DNA of 64,000 nt, taken from NCBI GenBank assembly GCA_048772705.1, contig JBLWGC010000177.1, positions 93,710-157,709 on the forward strand, in the 5' to 3' direction. Origin of the DNA: Leidyana gryllorum EB-2025a. Its lineage: Eukaryota; Protista; Apicomplexa. Below the pieces are notes generated by a model. That model saw nothing but the letters and a program-made list of their open reading frames with translations. It was not told where the DNA came from and made no database searches. This document shows positions 27,201-38,611 of the stretch, one piece after another (the first letter of the stretch is position 1; every line of letters begins with the position of its first letter). The position numbers were made by a program, and so were the translations under genes.

Positions 27201-28278
27201 TTGGGCTCTCAAATACGTCCCTGTGGCTACTCGTATAATGCTTTCTGTGTGTCGGAATGTCTTCAGTGCGCATGACGTGGGAGTGTTACTCGGGATGTGC
27301 TGTGTATGTGCCCTCGAGTCACAGAGTCAGCGGGTGCAAAAGGCGTTCGCCCTGGTGATATGCAGGTGTATCTGCGATAACAGTGCACAGGTGATACCCT
27401 CGATGGTCAATGCCCAGCTCAATATTGGTGGCCTCGACTGTTCAGGTGAGATCTTCGGGGAAAGAATTACAAATCGCTTTATCATCACACAGTTTTGGCC
27501 ACCTTTGTCGGTCTCCTCGATGCTCTATACGTCACCGCTAACAGGGAACCCGCGACGCATTACAGTCGCGCGGTCGTCTACACTGCTGTTGTCGCCCTGA
27601 TGACTGATGGACTGGAGTCTGTATTGGCGATGCCAACTTCCAGAGACGTCCCTCGGATTCTCACCGAGATTCTGCTCTATGGATTAGAGCGCGAGCTCCA
27701 TCGCGCCCGTAGTGTCCGCCGACTGTCCGTTCCCGTAAGCTTTTTCTCAGTTGGCCCTTCAGTTCTCCCAATGACTTTCTCTCCCTTTTCCCCCGCAGAG
27801 CTCTGATGATGCGGTCTACAATGGAGAGCGTGACCGGCAAGGCGGGCAGATCACTGTGTCGGTATCGTCCGATGAGAGTGAGACTGTGGCGCACGAGTCA
27901 GATGGTGGGGGCGCTGAACAAGAGGGGGAAGGGATGGGTCAAACTACCATTGGCACAGGCCACGTGTGGCCCTCAATGCTGTCGATCCAGACACTCAGCG
28001 ACGGCGTCTCGCGCGATACCGAGGACGAGAGTGTGGAGCAATACGACTTGGAGGGAGACAACGAGAGGAGAAATGGAGGTCGAGATCTGATTGAATATGA
28101 GCGACGTCGTGACCTGCGTTTCCAAAAGACTAACGTGCTGACATTGCTGCATTGCGCCTTTACTGAAGATCTTCGTGCTGTCCGCCCGGAGATGTTTGCA
28201 GAGGTTGATAGCCCCTTAATGCTTAGATTGAAGCGGTGTTTAGTGTACCATGAGGAGGTCTGCTTGACACCCCTGTGA
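24203..28278 (+). CDS. Importin-beta family karyopherin (importin-9-like)
   Basis: IBN_N-like RELSFIVLRKYVVSGW...KESLRNVLL, HEAT-like helices, QWSKDADIFLASE, WKLLEVSMWILG, QFLKARAL and an acidic C-terminal loop. Introns about 25313-25358, 25941-26035, 26824-26870, 27446-27492 and 27735-27798. The 3' end is slightly uncertain. Confidence 0.72.
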
Positions 28279-28307
28279 GTCACCTTTTTCTCATCAGATT
28301 TGGAGGC

Positions 28308-31300
28308 ATGACAGAGGTCTGGCACGAAGTGGAGTCTGAGGCTGCTTCACTCTGTTCGGCCAGGGAGACACCTCTGACATCCTTTCAGCTAGACACTGAA
28401 ACCGGAGTTAGTAATCTCGCCACGACTACACCAGCAACCCTCAGTGTACCTAAGCAACTCCATACTCCACCGCAAGTCGACCACAGGACTTCGCCCTTCG
28501 CCTTCCCCCAAAGTGAGCCCATCCACAGAAGCTCTTCTCAACAAGACGATCAACTCAAGCGTAGCCCTCACGTCACATGGGGTGTCACTGTCACTGCCCC
28601 TTCCGCATGTTTCGGGGGGGATGAGACAATCATTCCTTCGTCTACGAGCCGTACCAATTCTCCGTCTCCCATCCACCATGGTGTAGAAGAAGAAGAAATC
28701 CTCGACTATATCGATGACGACGAGGAGGAGGAGTATGAGACTGATGGAGACGATGAAGATGACGATATGGAAGAAGAACGCATCTCACCAGAAAGCCATC
28801 CTGACGGCTCGAACGGGAAAATGGAAGCTCAAGGCAGCAGTGGTGGCGAGGCCAGTGCCACCAGCCAAGACGACGAGAGCGACGGTGAAGATGCCATGGG
28901 AGATTACGACGACGTTGATTCCTCAGACTTTGACGATTATACTCCTCTCCCCTTTCTGACACGATCTCAACTGCCACACCTCAATTCACTCCCCAACCCT
29001 TTACTGCCCATCGAGGAGGAGGACACGGAAGATACTGCAATGGCAGAAGAGTTGCAGACGGGAACCCTCAACGCTCAAGACTCTGTTCAACACGGGGTGT
29101 ATACACGTACCCCCGCAAATCCGGCTCCGAGTAACACAAAGGAAGAAGTTTATAGTGTCGCGACCGCCAAGTTCGGCGTCGACGATGCCGCCGTGCAGTC
29201 AGACGACGAACTCGAGCCCACTCAAATCCTGCCCACTACGACGATAGATCTTCTCGCTTCACCCCCCAGTGAGCGCAGTGATGCAGGTGGGGAGAGACGG
29301 GGGGAAACTGGGGATGTTTGGGTGCCAGAAGTTTTGACTGCTGACAAAGGGGGCGCCGACGCTGACATTGGCACTCGTCAATCTCCCCCCCTCAAACCCA
29401 ATGGGGCCCACGAGACCCACACTGACAAGGCGGCGGTGTCTACACTGACAGAGTCGGCCGACATATGGTTGACTGGCAACAGTCAGTGTAGCCCTGCTGG
29501 TAGGGGTCTGACCAATGCGCTGCCGACTACGCAAGACGCAATTATAATAGAGTGTCTCTCGAGAGGCGGCCTTCAGTCTCAGAATCCACCAATGGCTCAG
29601 GAACGAATATTTGGAGGGAATGCGATACCGTCCCAACCCCGCGTCCTTATAACAGTCACTGCAGATCCGGGCCCACCAGCGCCTCCACCGCCCCCCGATC
29701 CAGCGTCAAGTGGCACAGCCCTCAGCGGAAATGCCGCCGAGCCGCCCCCCATTCTTCCACCCTCCGAATCTGAACCCGTACGGACCTTCGGGTCAAATCC
29801 GACTCCAAACTGGGGTGTGTCCGGTAGTCTAAATCTAAGTGACGAGACTGACACTCCTATGGTGGAGGCACCATGTCGTGAGAGTGGTCACACTCCTTCA
29901 CTCAACGTGGGGGAGAACGAGCGCTCATTCAGGCCGGATACTAGAAGTTCCACCGATTCCGATCGAGTTTCGATTCCCAATATGAAGACGAACCATTTTC
30001 TGGGATCCTCTCCTCCCAGCTCACCTGGGTTTCACAAACAATTCGATCGGTCCTCCACCATGGACACGCTGTCTCACAAACTTGAAAGTGGTGGGAGCGG
30101 CCGTATGTTTGTATGTGGACTGCTCAGCTCCTCACACGGTGCATCACCCAGTGACGGGTCGGTGGCCGCCTGGAGAGAGGAGAGTACAGATCTTCTGAAT
30201 CAAGAAGTGATGATGGAAGAGTGTACGCCTGTCCATATGGGTGTGTCCCCAATGTGTCTCTCTCGAATAAAATGCGAAGAGTTCCCGGCGCCCAGTTCTC
30301 AGAAGTTTCAGTACAAAGAGGCCGAGAAGTCAATGAACAATGATCTTCCCACCGGGTTGAAACGGCGACGCTCTGTTATGGAAGCGGGGGTTCAAACGGT
30401 CCCGATCGACGATATGGCTGTCGCTTGGTGCCGCGGAGTGGACATTGGAGTGGAAGTATTGCCCCCGAAAAAGATACGCAGGATCGTTCACGGTGCCGTC
30501 CGTGAAGAGGAAGAGGGCAGATCAGTGTCCTCATTCTTAGCTCGAACGGATTCATGCGCCATCTTTGTCAAAAATGAGGGATGGCGTCACTCGACTGTCG
30601 GCAAATCCACCACCCTCCAATTGCCACCTCCAGCACGCACCGCACGCCTCAGACCCGCCGGTAAGCAACAAGCGAGAGTCTGGGCCGACGAGCTAATCTC
30701 ATGTCCCCTGTAGCTTCTCAGATTGTTGAGCTTCCCCGTACAATGGTGAAGGACGGCAATATGAGCATTGAGAGCAGCTTATCAACAGTTCTCATGTCAG
30801 CTGCCGATGATTTGGAACTATCGTTCTCCCGAGATGGCTTTGAATACAGAGTCTCAAAACATCGCAAAGATCGCGAAATCCACCTACCGCCGAAACCGGC
30901 TGTCAATCCTACACAAAATCTCATCCCAAATCCTGTCACTGCAGACACTCTTTGTGATGAATCCTTTGTCGGACAACAGGGATGGAACCATCAGTCTCAG
31001 TTTGCGAAGATTGGTGCCTTCCCCCCGGCTCAAGCAGCAGCACCGTCCAGCTGTCATCCCCCTCAACAAGCCCCGCTGCCTCCCCAAGTGCCCTGCCAGG
31101 CGTCACAACGCGCTCCAGCAGAGCAGCCACCCCCGCCATCACTGCAGCACCCACAGCCGCAACCGACCCACCCTCAGCAACGGCCGCAACCACAGCACCC
31201 ACAGCACCCACAGACGCACCCGCCCCACCCTCAGCAACCGTCACCAGCTGACATACGCCCAGCTGGTACGGTTGCTGGGCCGCCACCACAGGCGGCAGCA

Positions 31301-32815
31301 CAGGTCCCCTCTGTCGGTGTTCAGGGCCCCGCTGCCGTAGCAGTGGGACGCGTCATTCCACAGAATCCGGTATCGTCACAGTCAAGCGGCACTCAGTCTG
31401 GGGGAGGCCCGGCGAGGCGAGAATGCCCCCCACCGGCTGAGAAGCGTCCACCACAACAGTCTGCTCCCGTGACGATCCCTGAGATCAGGAGGGCACCACC
31501 ACCAGCTCAGACACGAGAGAATCAGGGTGGTGCGCCAGGGGCCCAAGCGCAGAATGGGTCTTCCAAGTTGTCTCAGCCGAAACAGGCGCAGTTTTACCCC
31601 CTTCGGTGTCCCCAAGTGTATCCATTGGCGGAGAAGATGGGTAAGCTGGTCGGAAATGAAGAGGCACGGCTATCTGTGGTCACTCAGCAGTCAAGCCATC
31701 AGACTTGTGTCGCAAGTGGGGTCGGTGGGGGAAAGGGGAACGAGGGTGTTGGTACGCGAAAGACCAGTGCACCCGAGAAGGATAAGGGTTTGAGAAAGTC
31801 TAACAACAAGGCGCGACGAGAAGAGTCTGATGCGGAGGCCGGGGAGGTAGTTGAGAGCGAGGCCTACGGATCGGGATCTGACACTGAAGAAGATGTAAGG
31901 GTTGGGGCGCGCGAGTCGGTTGCCACGACGACGACGACTGTGAGTTCTGCTCATAACGAGGAGGAGGTCGATTGCTCGGGCAAAAGGGGTGTGCACGGGA
32001 AGGTGGAGGGGCGGAAGTTATGTATAACACGAGTGCGGCCTCGTTGCCGCGGTGAGGCTGGTAATGCTCGAACATGGAGTCCGATGTATTACGAGGACGT
32101 GTTTCCGCCGCCCGATCCCGAGGCGCGAAAAGCATTGAATATGATGTATCCGCGGTTCAAACAGTTTCGGGACTGTTTGACAAAGGAAGTGTTGTCTCGG
32201 GAACAAGCGTTCAAAGTGTTCGCGTTCTGGCTGGAGAGTCGGTGGCTTGCGATCATTGCGAAAAACGTCCACCCACACTTCCTGATTGCGATAACCAACA
32301 ACAGAGGGCTGAAGAAACAGGGATTCCCAAAGCGTCAGTATCCGTGTCCGAATTGTGCCGGGCTTTTGAGAGACGAGATCTGCTGTGTTTGTGGGAAGCA
32401 GACTCGGGAGGAGCCCCTGACGTCTAATGACCGCAGCGCGAGCTTGAAGGAGGGTCTTGCGGTGCTCGAGAACTGGAAGAACGATCCGGAGGCGCTCTTG
32501 ACGGTGTTGCGATTCCTGCCACCAGGTATTGGTCCCCATCTCGATAAACTTTTCGACTCGGCGTCGCTGGTCTCCAAGTCCAATGGTCGATATACCATCT
32601 GCTCAATGTGTGGGATCTCTGGGAGTCCGCGGAGTCACCCAGCGGAGCGCGCCAGTTTGAGCGGGAATCGCGGGCCGCGGTTGTATTGTGGGTTGTGTGG
32701 TCACAACCGGGCCGAAGCGACGCGAGACAAAGTGCAACAAGAGGCTCGCAGGTACATAGGCCGACCCAACGTACACAGCGAAATCACCGAGAACTTTTTC
32801 GGACAACTAGGTTAG
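28308..32815 (+). CDS. Large low-complexity protein (about 1,480 aa) with C-terminal Cys-pair (Zn-ribbon-like) domain
   Basis: Intron 30661-30713 (GTAAGC..CTAAT..TAG) joins ORFs 28275-30713 and 30701-32815 in frame. Acidic and P/Q-rich tracts. CPNC-x7-CCVC and CSMC...CGLC near the C-terminus. Confidence 0.7.
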
Positions 32816-32847
32816 TTAGGACAGGACAGAGAAGAGAGACAACTTTC

Positions 32848-34986
32848 TCAGTGGAATGCAAAGCGGGCCGGCGGCGGCGGGTGATGATTATTATGGTGTG
32901 GTAAAGGGGCCGCTGGCGGTTCCACAGAACCTTGAATCAACGTATTCAACTTGGATACTAATTGGGGAAAGAACTGCGGTGGCGACTCCGTAGCTGGGCG
33001 ACGATATACGTGAGATTCCCACTGACATAATAAATGCTTGCCCACACGTAAACAGCTCTCAATCAACTCTACTGCCTCCCCAGGCGGTAGCGCAACGTCA
33101 GTCGCTGATGAGCCCGCCGAACTACTCGGCGGGCCTAACAGCCTTTGAACTCGAACAAGCAGATGCAGCATGTGAGACAGACTTGATATTGCCTGGGACA
33201 CCTCCAACCTGCCAAAACAATCCTCATTTGCGCTAAGCTGTCCCGGAGACATCAAAAGCAGCACACGTAGGTAGGTACCACACACTTACTCGGCAGGCGG
33301 TTGGTCGGTCTTGTCCCGATGTGACGGAAACGGGGGTGGGGGGGCATCCGAGGCGGCCCGGGGCTGGTCAAACGGATAACCTGGCGGCTTGGGACTTTGG
33401 GGTTGTTGATAGTGCGACGTTGGGGGGGAGGTGAGCGGTGGGGGCGGTGTCGTGGCCAATGCGTGGAGTGCGGCACGGATGACCGTAGTAGGTGCGTGTG
33501 GTTGGGCACGGAGAGAAGCAACTGCGTTCTCAACGGCATACAAGTGAGCAACTGTGAGATGTAACGAATCTTTGCGGCGAGCCGTCAGCCACTCGGCGAA
33601 CCACAAAACTGTGCGCGAGTTAGTCAGGAGCACAACAGGAGGGTCGGACTCGGATGCCTGAGAGTTGGCAGACGAAGAGTCCAAAGCAGCCCACCGAAGT
33701 GCACTATCAAAGGTACGAAGAGAATAGGCTGACAGTCTGAAATCAGTCAGACCAACAGTCTCCTCCTCAGGAGTAACTCCGGCATCAATATCCGGTAACA
33801 GAGCGTCGTCGTCCAGCCTTGATATACTTGGCAGGTCAGGAGGAGGATCGGCCCCCAGAAGGCGATTCTCGGCTTCTGCAGACCCGAACAGCAATATCCG
33901 AGCCTCAGAAGCCAACACCCGCCATCCGACTCGAGCGTCGGGATCACTGAGAGCCATGCAAGCTGAGCCGTCGACGACGAGACTTGTATCGCGTGCTAAA
34001 CGCGACCGTTTTGGAAACAGCGCAGAAGTGTTGGGCGCCGTATGGGCGCCTCCAGGCGCGGCCGCCGGAGGCTGTAACAGACATTCGGAGTTTCGCCTAG
34101 GCGCCAATTGGTGCGAAAAGGAAAAGAGGTGGACCAAAGGCGCAGAAGTGTTGGAAGACTTGGCACAACGCTTTGGGGAGCAGTTTGGATCCTTCATACT
34201 CGGAGCCCCAGCACGTTCAGCGAAGCAAACCGCCGTTTCAGCGGCGTCTCCACGGGAAGCTAAACCTTCGGCGAGCTTGGAAAGGACATTGTCGGGTTCA
34301 CGGATGTAATTGTACTCCAATCGCACCCACACAGGCAGAAAGAGGCGGCGGGTAGGCTCCAAACGTGGGTAAACAAACCGTGCGTGTGCGGCAGAGTTGG
34401 GTGCCGTCTCTGCTTGTTCGGCTGTGAGAAAGGCTTTCAACACCGCAAGGGCCCCGCGATCTGTTATCGCGTTGTGAGAGAGATGGAGTTCCTCGATCGG
34501 CCATGCGTGTTCGGCAATGAGACTCGCCAGTCCGACAGCTCCACCATCGCTTATTACATTTTTGTATAGCTTCAGCGTTCGAAGCCGTAACACATCCAAG
34601 TGCCGTCGCCACCACGTCTGCAGTTATTAGTCGTTCAGTCAGTCAGTCAGTCAGTCACACAGCCTTACGGTGAGGCTGAGTAGGCCGTCGTCGGCCAGGT
34701 TATTCTCCGAAAGGTCCAAGTTAATCCAGTAGATCTGTTGCGATGGGGCGTTCAGTAGGGTTTGCTCCAAAAGCGGTATCACACGCCGGGAAATGTCCTT
34801 GTCGGACAGGTGCATACGAGCCAGACCCACCGACACCAACGAAACCTCCCCTGCAGCCTCGACACTAGCGCCGATCCTGACGCAACGCGCGGACAGCGCC
34901 ACAGCTTCTGGTCGCCCCCCACCCGGGGGTCGCTGTCGGCGCCCTCTTGACGGGCGGCCACTGCCTCCACCTGTGCTACGCGTCAT
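32848..34986 (-). CDS. RNI-like leucine-rich-repeat protein with possible degenerate PIN-like domain
   Basis: LDLSENNLADDG, LKLYKNVISDGG, ELHLSHNAITDRG and PVWVRLEYNYI. Introns 34618-34668 and 33233-33289 join three ORFs. Confidence 0.8.
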
Positions 34987-35035
34987 AATGCCATCGAAAT
35001 AAATTATACGTGCTCACTATGAGCGCCACCCCCAA

Positions 35036-37606
35036 ATGAATGCCCGAACTCGAGAATGGGACTATTGGTTCTCGCTGCGGCGTAAAGACACATCATATCT
35101 ATCAACCTGCTGTAGAGCCGACCTCTCCTGCGCCTTCATTGCCTCCACCCCTGTCCATTTGATATACAAGGAGCTCAATCGATTTGCCTCAGCCCTGCGA
35201 CAACGTGAGGGCCCTGCGGATGAGTATCTCTTGCGTCTTTTGGACCCCTCGGGAGCTCTCACCGACCAAACCCTCAGTATCGTGACGGTAAGAAGAAGGG
35301 GGCTCTCCCTTTGTAAAGCCCGTTGACTACCCACACCCACTCCACTACTGTAGGATTGGCTCCTGGACGCAGACAATGGTGATATCCACTTTGAAGAGAT
35401 ACACTCCTTCACGCCCACACCGCTGACCGACGTCTCCCTTCACTCTTTGGAACGTATATTTGCCAAGTCGCGAGGCCGACTCGATGACGTTCGAATAAAT
35501 GGCACAGGCTTCACTGATCAGGGCATCTTGGATTTCCTAAAGGTTGTTATCGGCACCGAACGTCCGCCCGCGGATCTTCTCGAAGAGCTCCACGACCAAG
35601 TCAGGCCTCTTTTCCCCAAATATCTCCGGAGACTGGGCAGAAGTCGCCCTTTTAGGTTCAGTCTCGCCTTCCCCAGTTCACGGGCGGTGTGGATCTTGGA
35701 ACAGCTATTCATCGAACGCTGTCGCATTCTCAAGTTGGCAGCTCTGCCCCGCGAGACTCGAGAAGACTTTGCCATCTTAATCACCGCGCGGAATCTCGTC
35801 GAGAGGCTCAGAGCCCGTGACCTTCCTCGGGTTGCCCTAATGCTCGTTCTCGACTACTACTATGGCTCTAACTCCACACCCTCTTACACGAGTCCGCCTA
35901 ATCGGTTGCCCTTTCAGTTGTGGCCCGAATCTGCTCAACAAGTCCCAAACGCGACTACACTGCCACCACAGCACAGGGAACTTGCAGCACAAGATGCACA
36001 CTCCATGCGTCCTCCTGCGACTGAAACCAGACGAGACCACCAAACGGATTCGTCTCCATCAGGAGGGTCGAGAGGGGACCACCATTCACCTCGACACCGC
36101 CCTTTGCCCCCAAAGGACCGAACACCGTCTTCCAGAGACGCACCCAGCTCTCGTCGACAGGATCGTCATCGATCTGGCACCTCACGGCGACGTCGATACT
36201 CGACTTCCTCGTCGTCCTCGTCCTATGCGTCTTCTCAAAGTGCGTCGTCCTCATCCGAGTCTCCCCCTCAGCGCCGGCCACCCAGCAGACGCCGGTCTCG
36301 AGGCTCTAATCGGAATAACTTCCGGTCTGCCCATAGGCGAGGATCCTCATCGTCGCGAAGCACACCCCCGAGACGCCGACGGTCGAGGAGACGCCGAGAT
36401 TCAGATGACCGCGCTGACTCTTCTGCTCACCGCTCGCCGAGAGTCGGCCGCAGAAGACGAGTGTCGCACAATCCGGCCATAGGCGAGACGAGCTATCCTC
36501 CGACTTCAAGCGTGACTCGCCCCACGCAGCCTGTCACCGACGCCGTCTCCTTTTCCAGTGCCACTTCGTCTTCGGTTCTGGACCGGAGTGTCGGGCTCGC
36601 GAACCGCGAAACGCCTTCGCCTGCCGCCTCCGGGAGTCGTGCCACAGAGCTCATCCTCGACCCGCCTCGGATTCCTCCTCCTCCTCCGGCTGCATCTTCC
36701 CAGCGGATTACTGGAAAGCTGACCGACGAAATCGGGCCACCACTGCCACCGGTTGAGATTATTAAAGCGGCGTCTCCCTCTCAGTCGGGAGCGGCGACGG
36801 CAGCAATTTATGCTTTCTGTCCATTGACCGCGTTGGCTCTTTTGGCCCCGGCTGGAAGCGCGAGTAATGGTCAGTTGAGCGATGTGATTGGGTTGTACTC
36901 GCGGCTAACTAGCGAGCAGCCCTCTGAGAGCCAAGCGCCAGTGCGGTTTTGCACGACCGCGAGCGATGATTTGCTGCAGTTAGTCGCAGCAGCAGATGAA
37001 GCAGCCGAATTGGCGAACGAAGAGGCGTTGGGTTTACGGAACGGAGTGGGCAAATGGATTAAAGAATTGGCTTTGAGTGGAGACATCGAGCTACTGGACA
37101 CTAAGATCAGTCCTGAGGAAGAAGACTTCCAACACTGTCGAGCCGCGTTCACTGCTTTGGCTGCGAGAAGAGACGATTGCCAGCCACATTTGATCTATGT
37201 GTGCTGGTCAAGCGAGTCCTTGGTGCGGTTGGAGCGGGATGTGAGAGCGAAGCGGTTGGACAAGGTGTTTTGTATCCCGACGAAGGGTCTAAGTGAAGTA
37301 CTGATCGGCGTCGAGGGGTCTGCATTGGTTCCACGGTGTGCCGAAGGCGTTATCGAGGCAGCTGCGGCGTGTCACAAGTCAGGGGTCGCCAGTGTCGAAG
37401 ACAGTGCCCGAACATTACGGTGAGTCCTGGGGAGCCAGCCGTCCCCCCTCGTCTGGTTATTTAAATGACTACAATACGGTAGATTTGTTATCAAGCGAAT
37501 TTTGCCGTTGCTGGACTCATGTCATACACCCAGCGATAAAATGAAGGTGAAGAGACAGCTGGACACCATCGGCAAAATGCTCGAGGAGTTTGAGCATCAG
37601 GAGTAG
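35036..37606 (+). CDS. Degenerate LRR-like protein with central RS-rich region
   Basis: Introns 35288-35353 and 37420-37481 join the ORFs. LTDQTLSIV, LTDVSLHSL and VRINGTGFTDQGILDFL are repeat-like segments. Arg/Ser-rich middle. Stop TAG at 37604-37606. Confidence 0.7.
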
Positions 37607-37648
37607 TGATGATGCGGTGCGTGCTATCATCCATCTAAGTACCAATCT

Positions 37649-38537
37649 TCAATGCACCGGGAAGATGTTAGCGATTCCCTGTTTCACATGAAGCATCAAG
37701 GCCTCTCCGGGGTACTGATCAGAAGATGCAATAAGAAGCACACGCCGGTAGACCTCAACTCCGCTGCCCCAGAGGAATGCAAGAACCTACGAGATATATT
37801 GTGCTGGGGAAAGATATGGTGACTCAACAACACTGACCTCGATCGCAAATGACTCCAAAGCCCGTGACACTGTCAGTACTTGTGCCAAATGCTCCACTGG
37901 AACTATGAGGTGTCTGTGTATTGAGATTGGACATTGGGAGACGGCGGGCGTATATGCTTGCTTACGCGTGCTCCGAAACTAATCGGCTAACAATGATACC
38001 CCCAATGAGGACCAGAAGGCCTCTGATGACCCACACAGCCACGGGTTTGACTATAAACTTGTGCAGAAGTTTGGCCACGAGAACGCTGTGTATGGATGAG
38101 TAATTTATATGACATATCAATCACTACTTACGCGTAGAATACCCATTCGCCAATGGCCGCAAGGTAGCTGATGGCAAACAGACTTTCACACATCTTTGGT
38201 GTGCCGGTGAACATGTTGCGTTTGCAGCTTAGCATGTAGGCGTTGGTCACGGCCTGCTCCGAGAAGGGCAACAAGTCGAGAACCAGTCGTTGTAGGGGAG
38301 TGGCTGCGAGGTTGGTCAGAGATCGATCGACGCTGATTTCCTACCTGGAATAATTCCCACACCAGGGCAAGCCTGGCCAAACTCCTTGAGTCTTGCAACC
38401 GTGGACTGTTCACGGCTCAGCTCACATCCGTGATAGACCCAGTGAGAGAAGATGACAACTGCCAGCAGGGTCGCACACAAACTTAGACGCAGAATATGCG
38501 CCACAACCGAGTGTTGACTCAAGACTTTGAGCGGCAT
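37649..38537 (-). CDS. Small multi-pass membrane protein (about 232 aa, 5 exons), unknown family
   Basis: ATG 38537. GT-AG introns 38304-38344, 38086-38131, 37914-37965 and 37787-37837 yield a stop-free 699-nt CDS with about 3 hydrophobic helices. Confidence 0.72.
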
Positions 38538-38611
38538 TGAGGGATTTTTTAGTTCAAAACTTGTCTGCTGTCGCCAAGACAGTTCTTTGTTGCCATCCAA
38601 ACTCGGCCCAT

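Noticed and set aside
30701-30713. Apparent overlap of two large ORFs (frameshift or overlapping genes)
   Set aside because: It is explained by intron 30661-30713 joining them into one gene.
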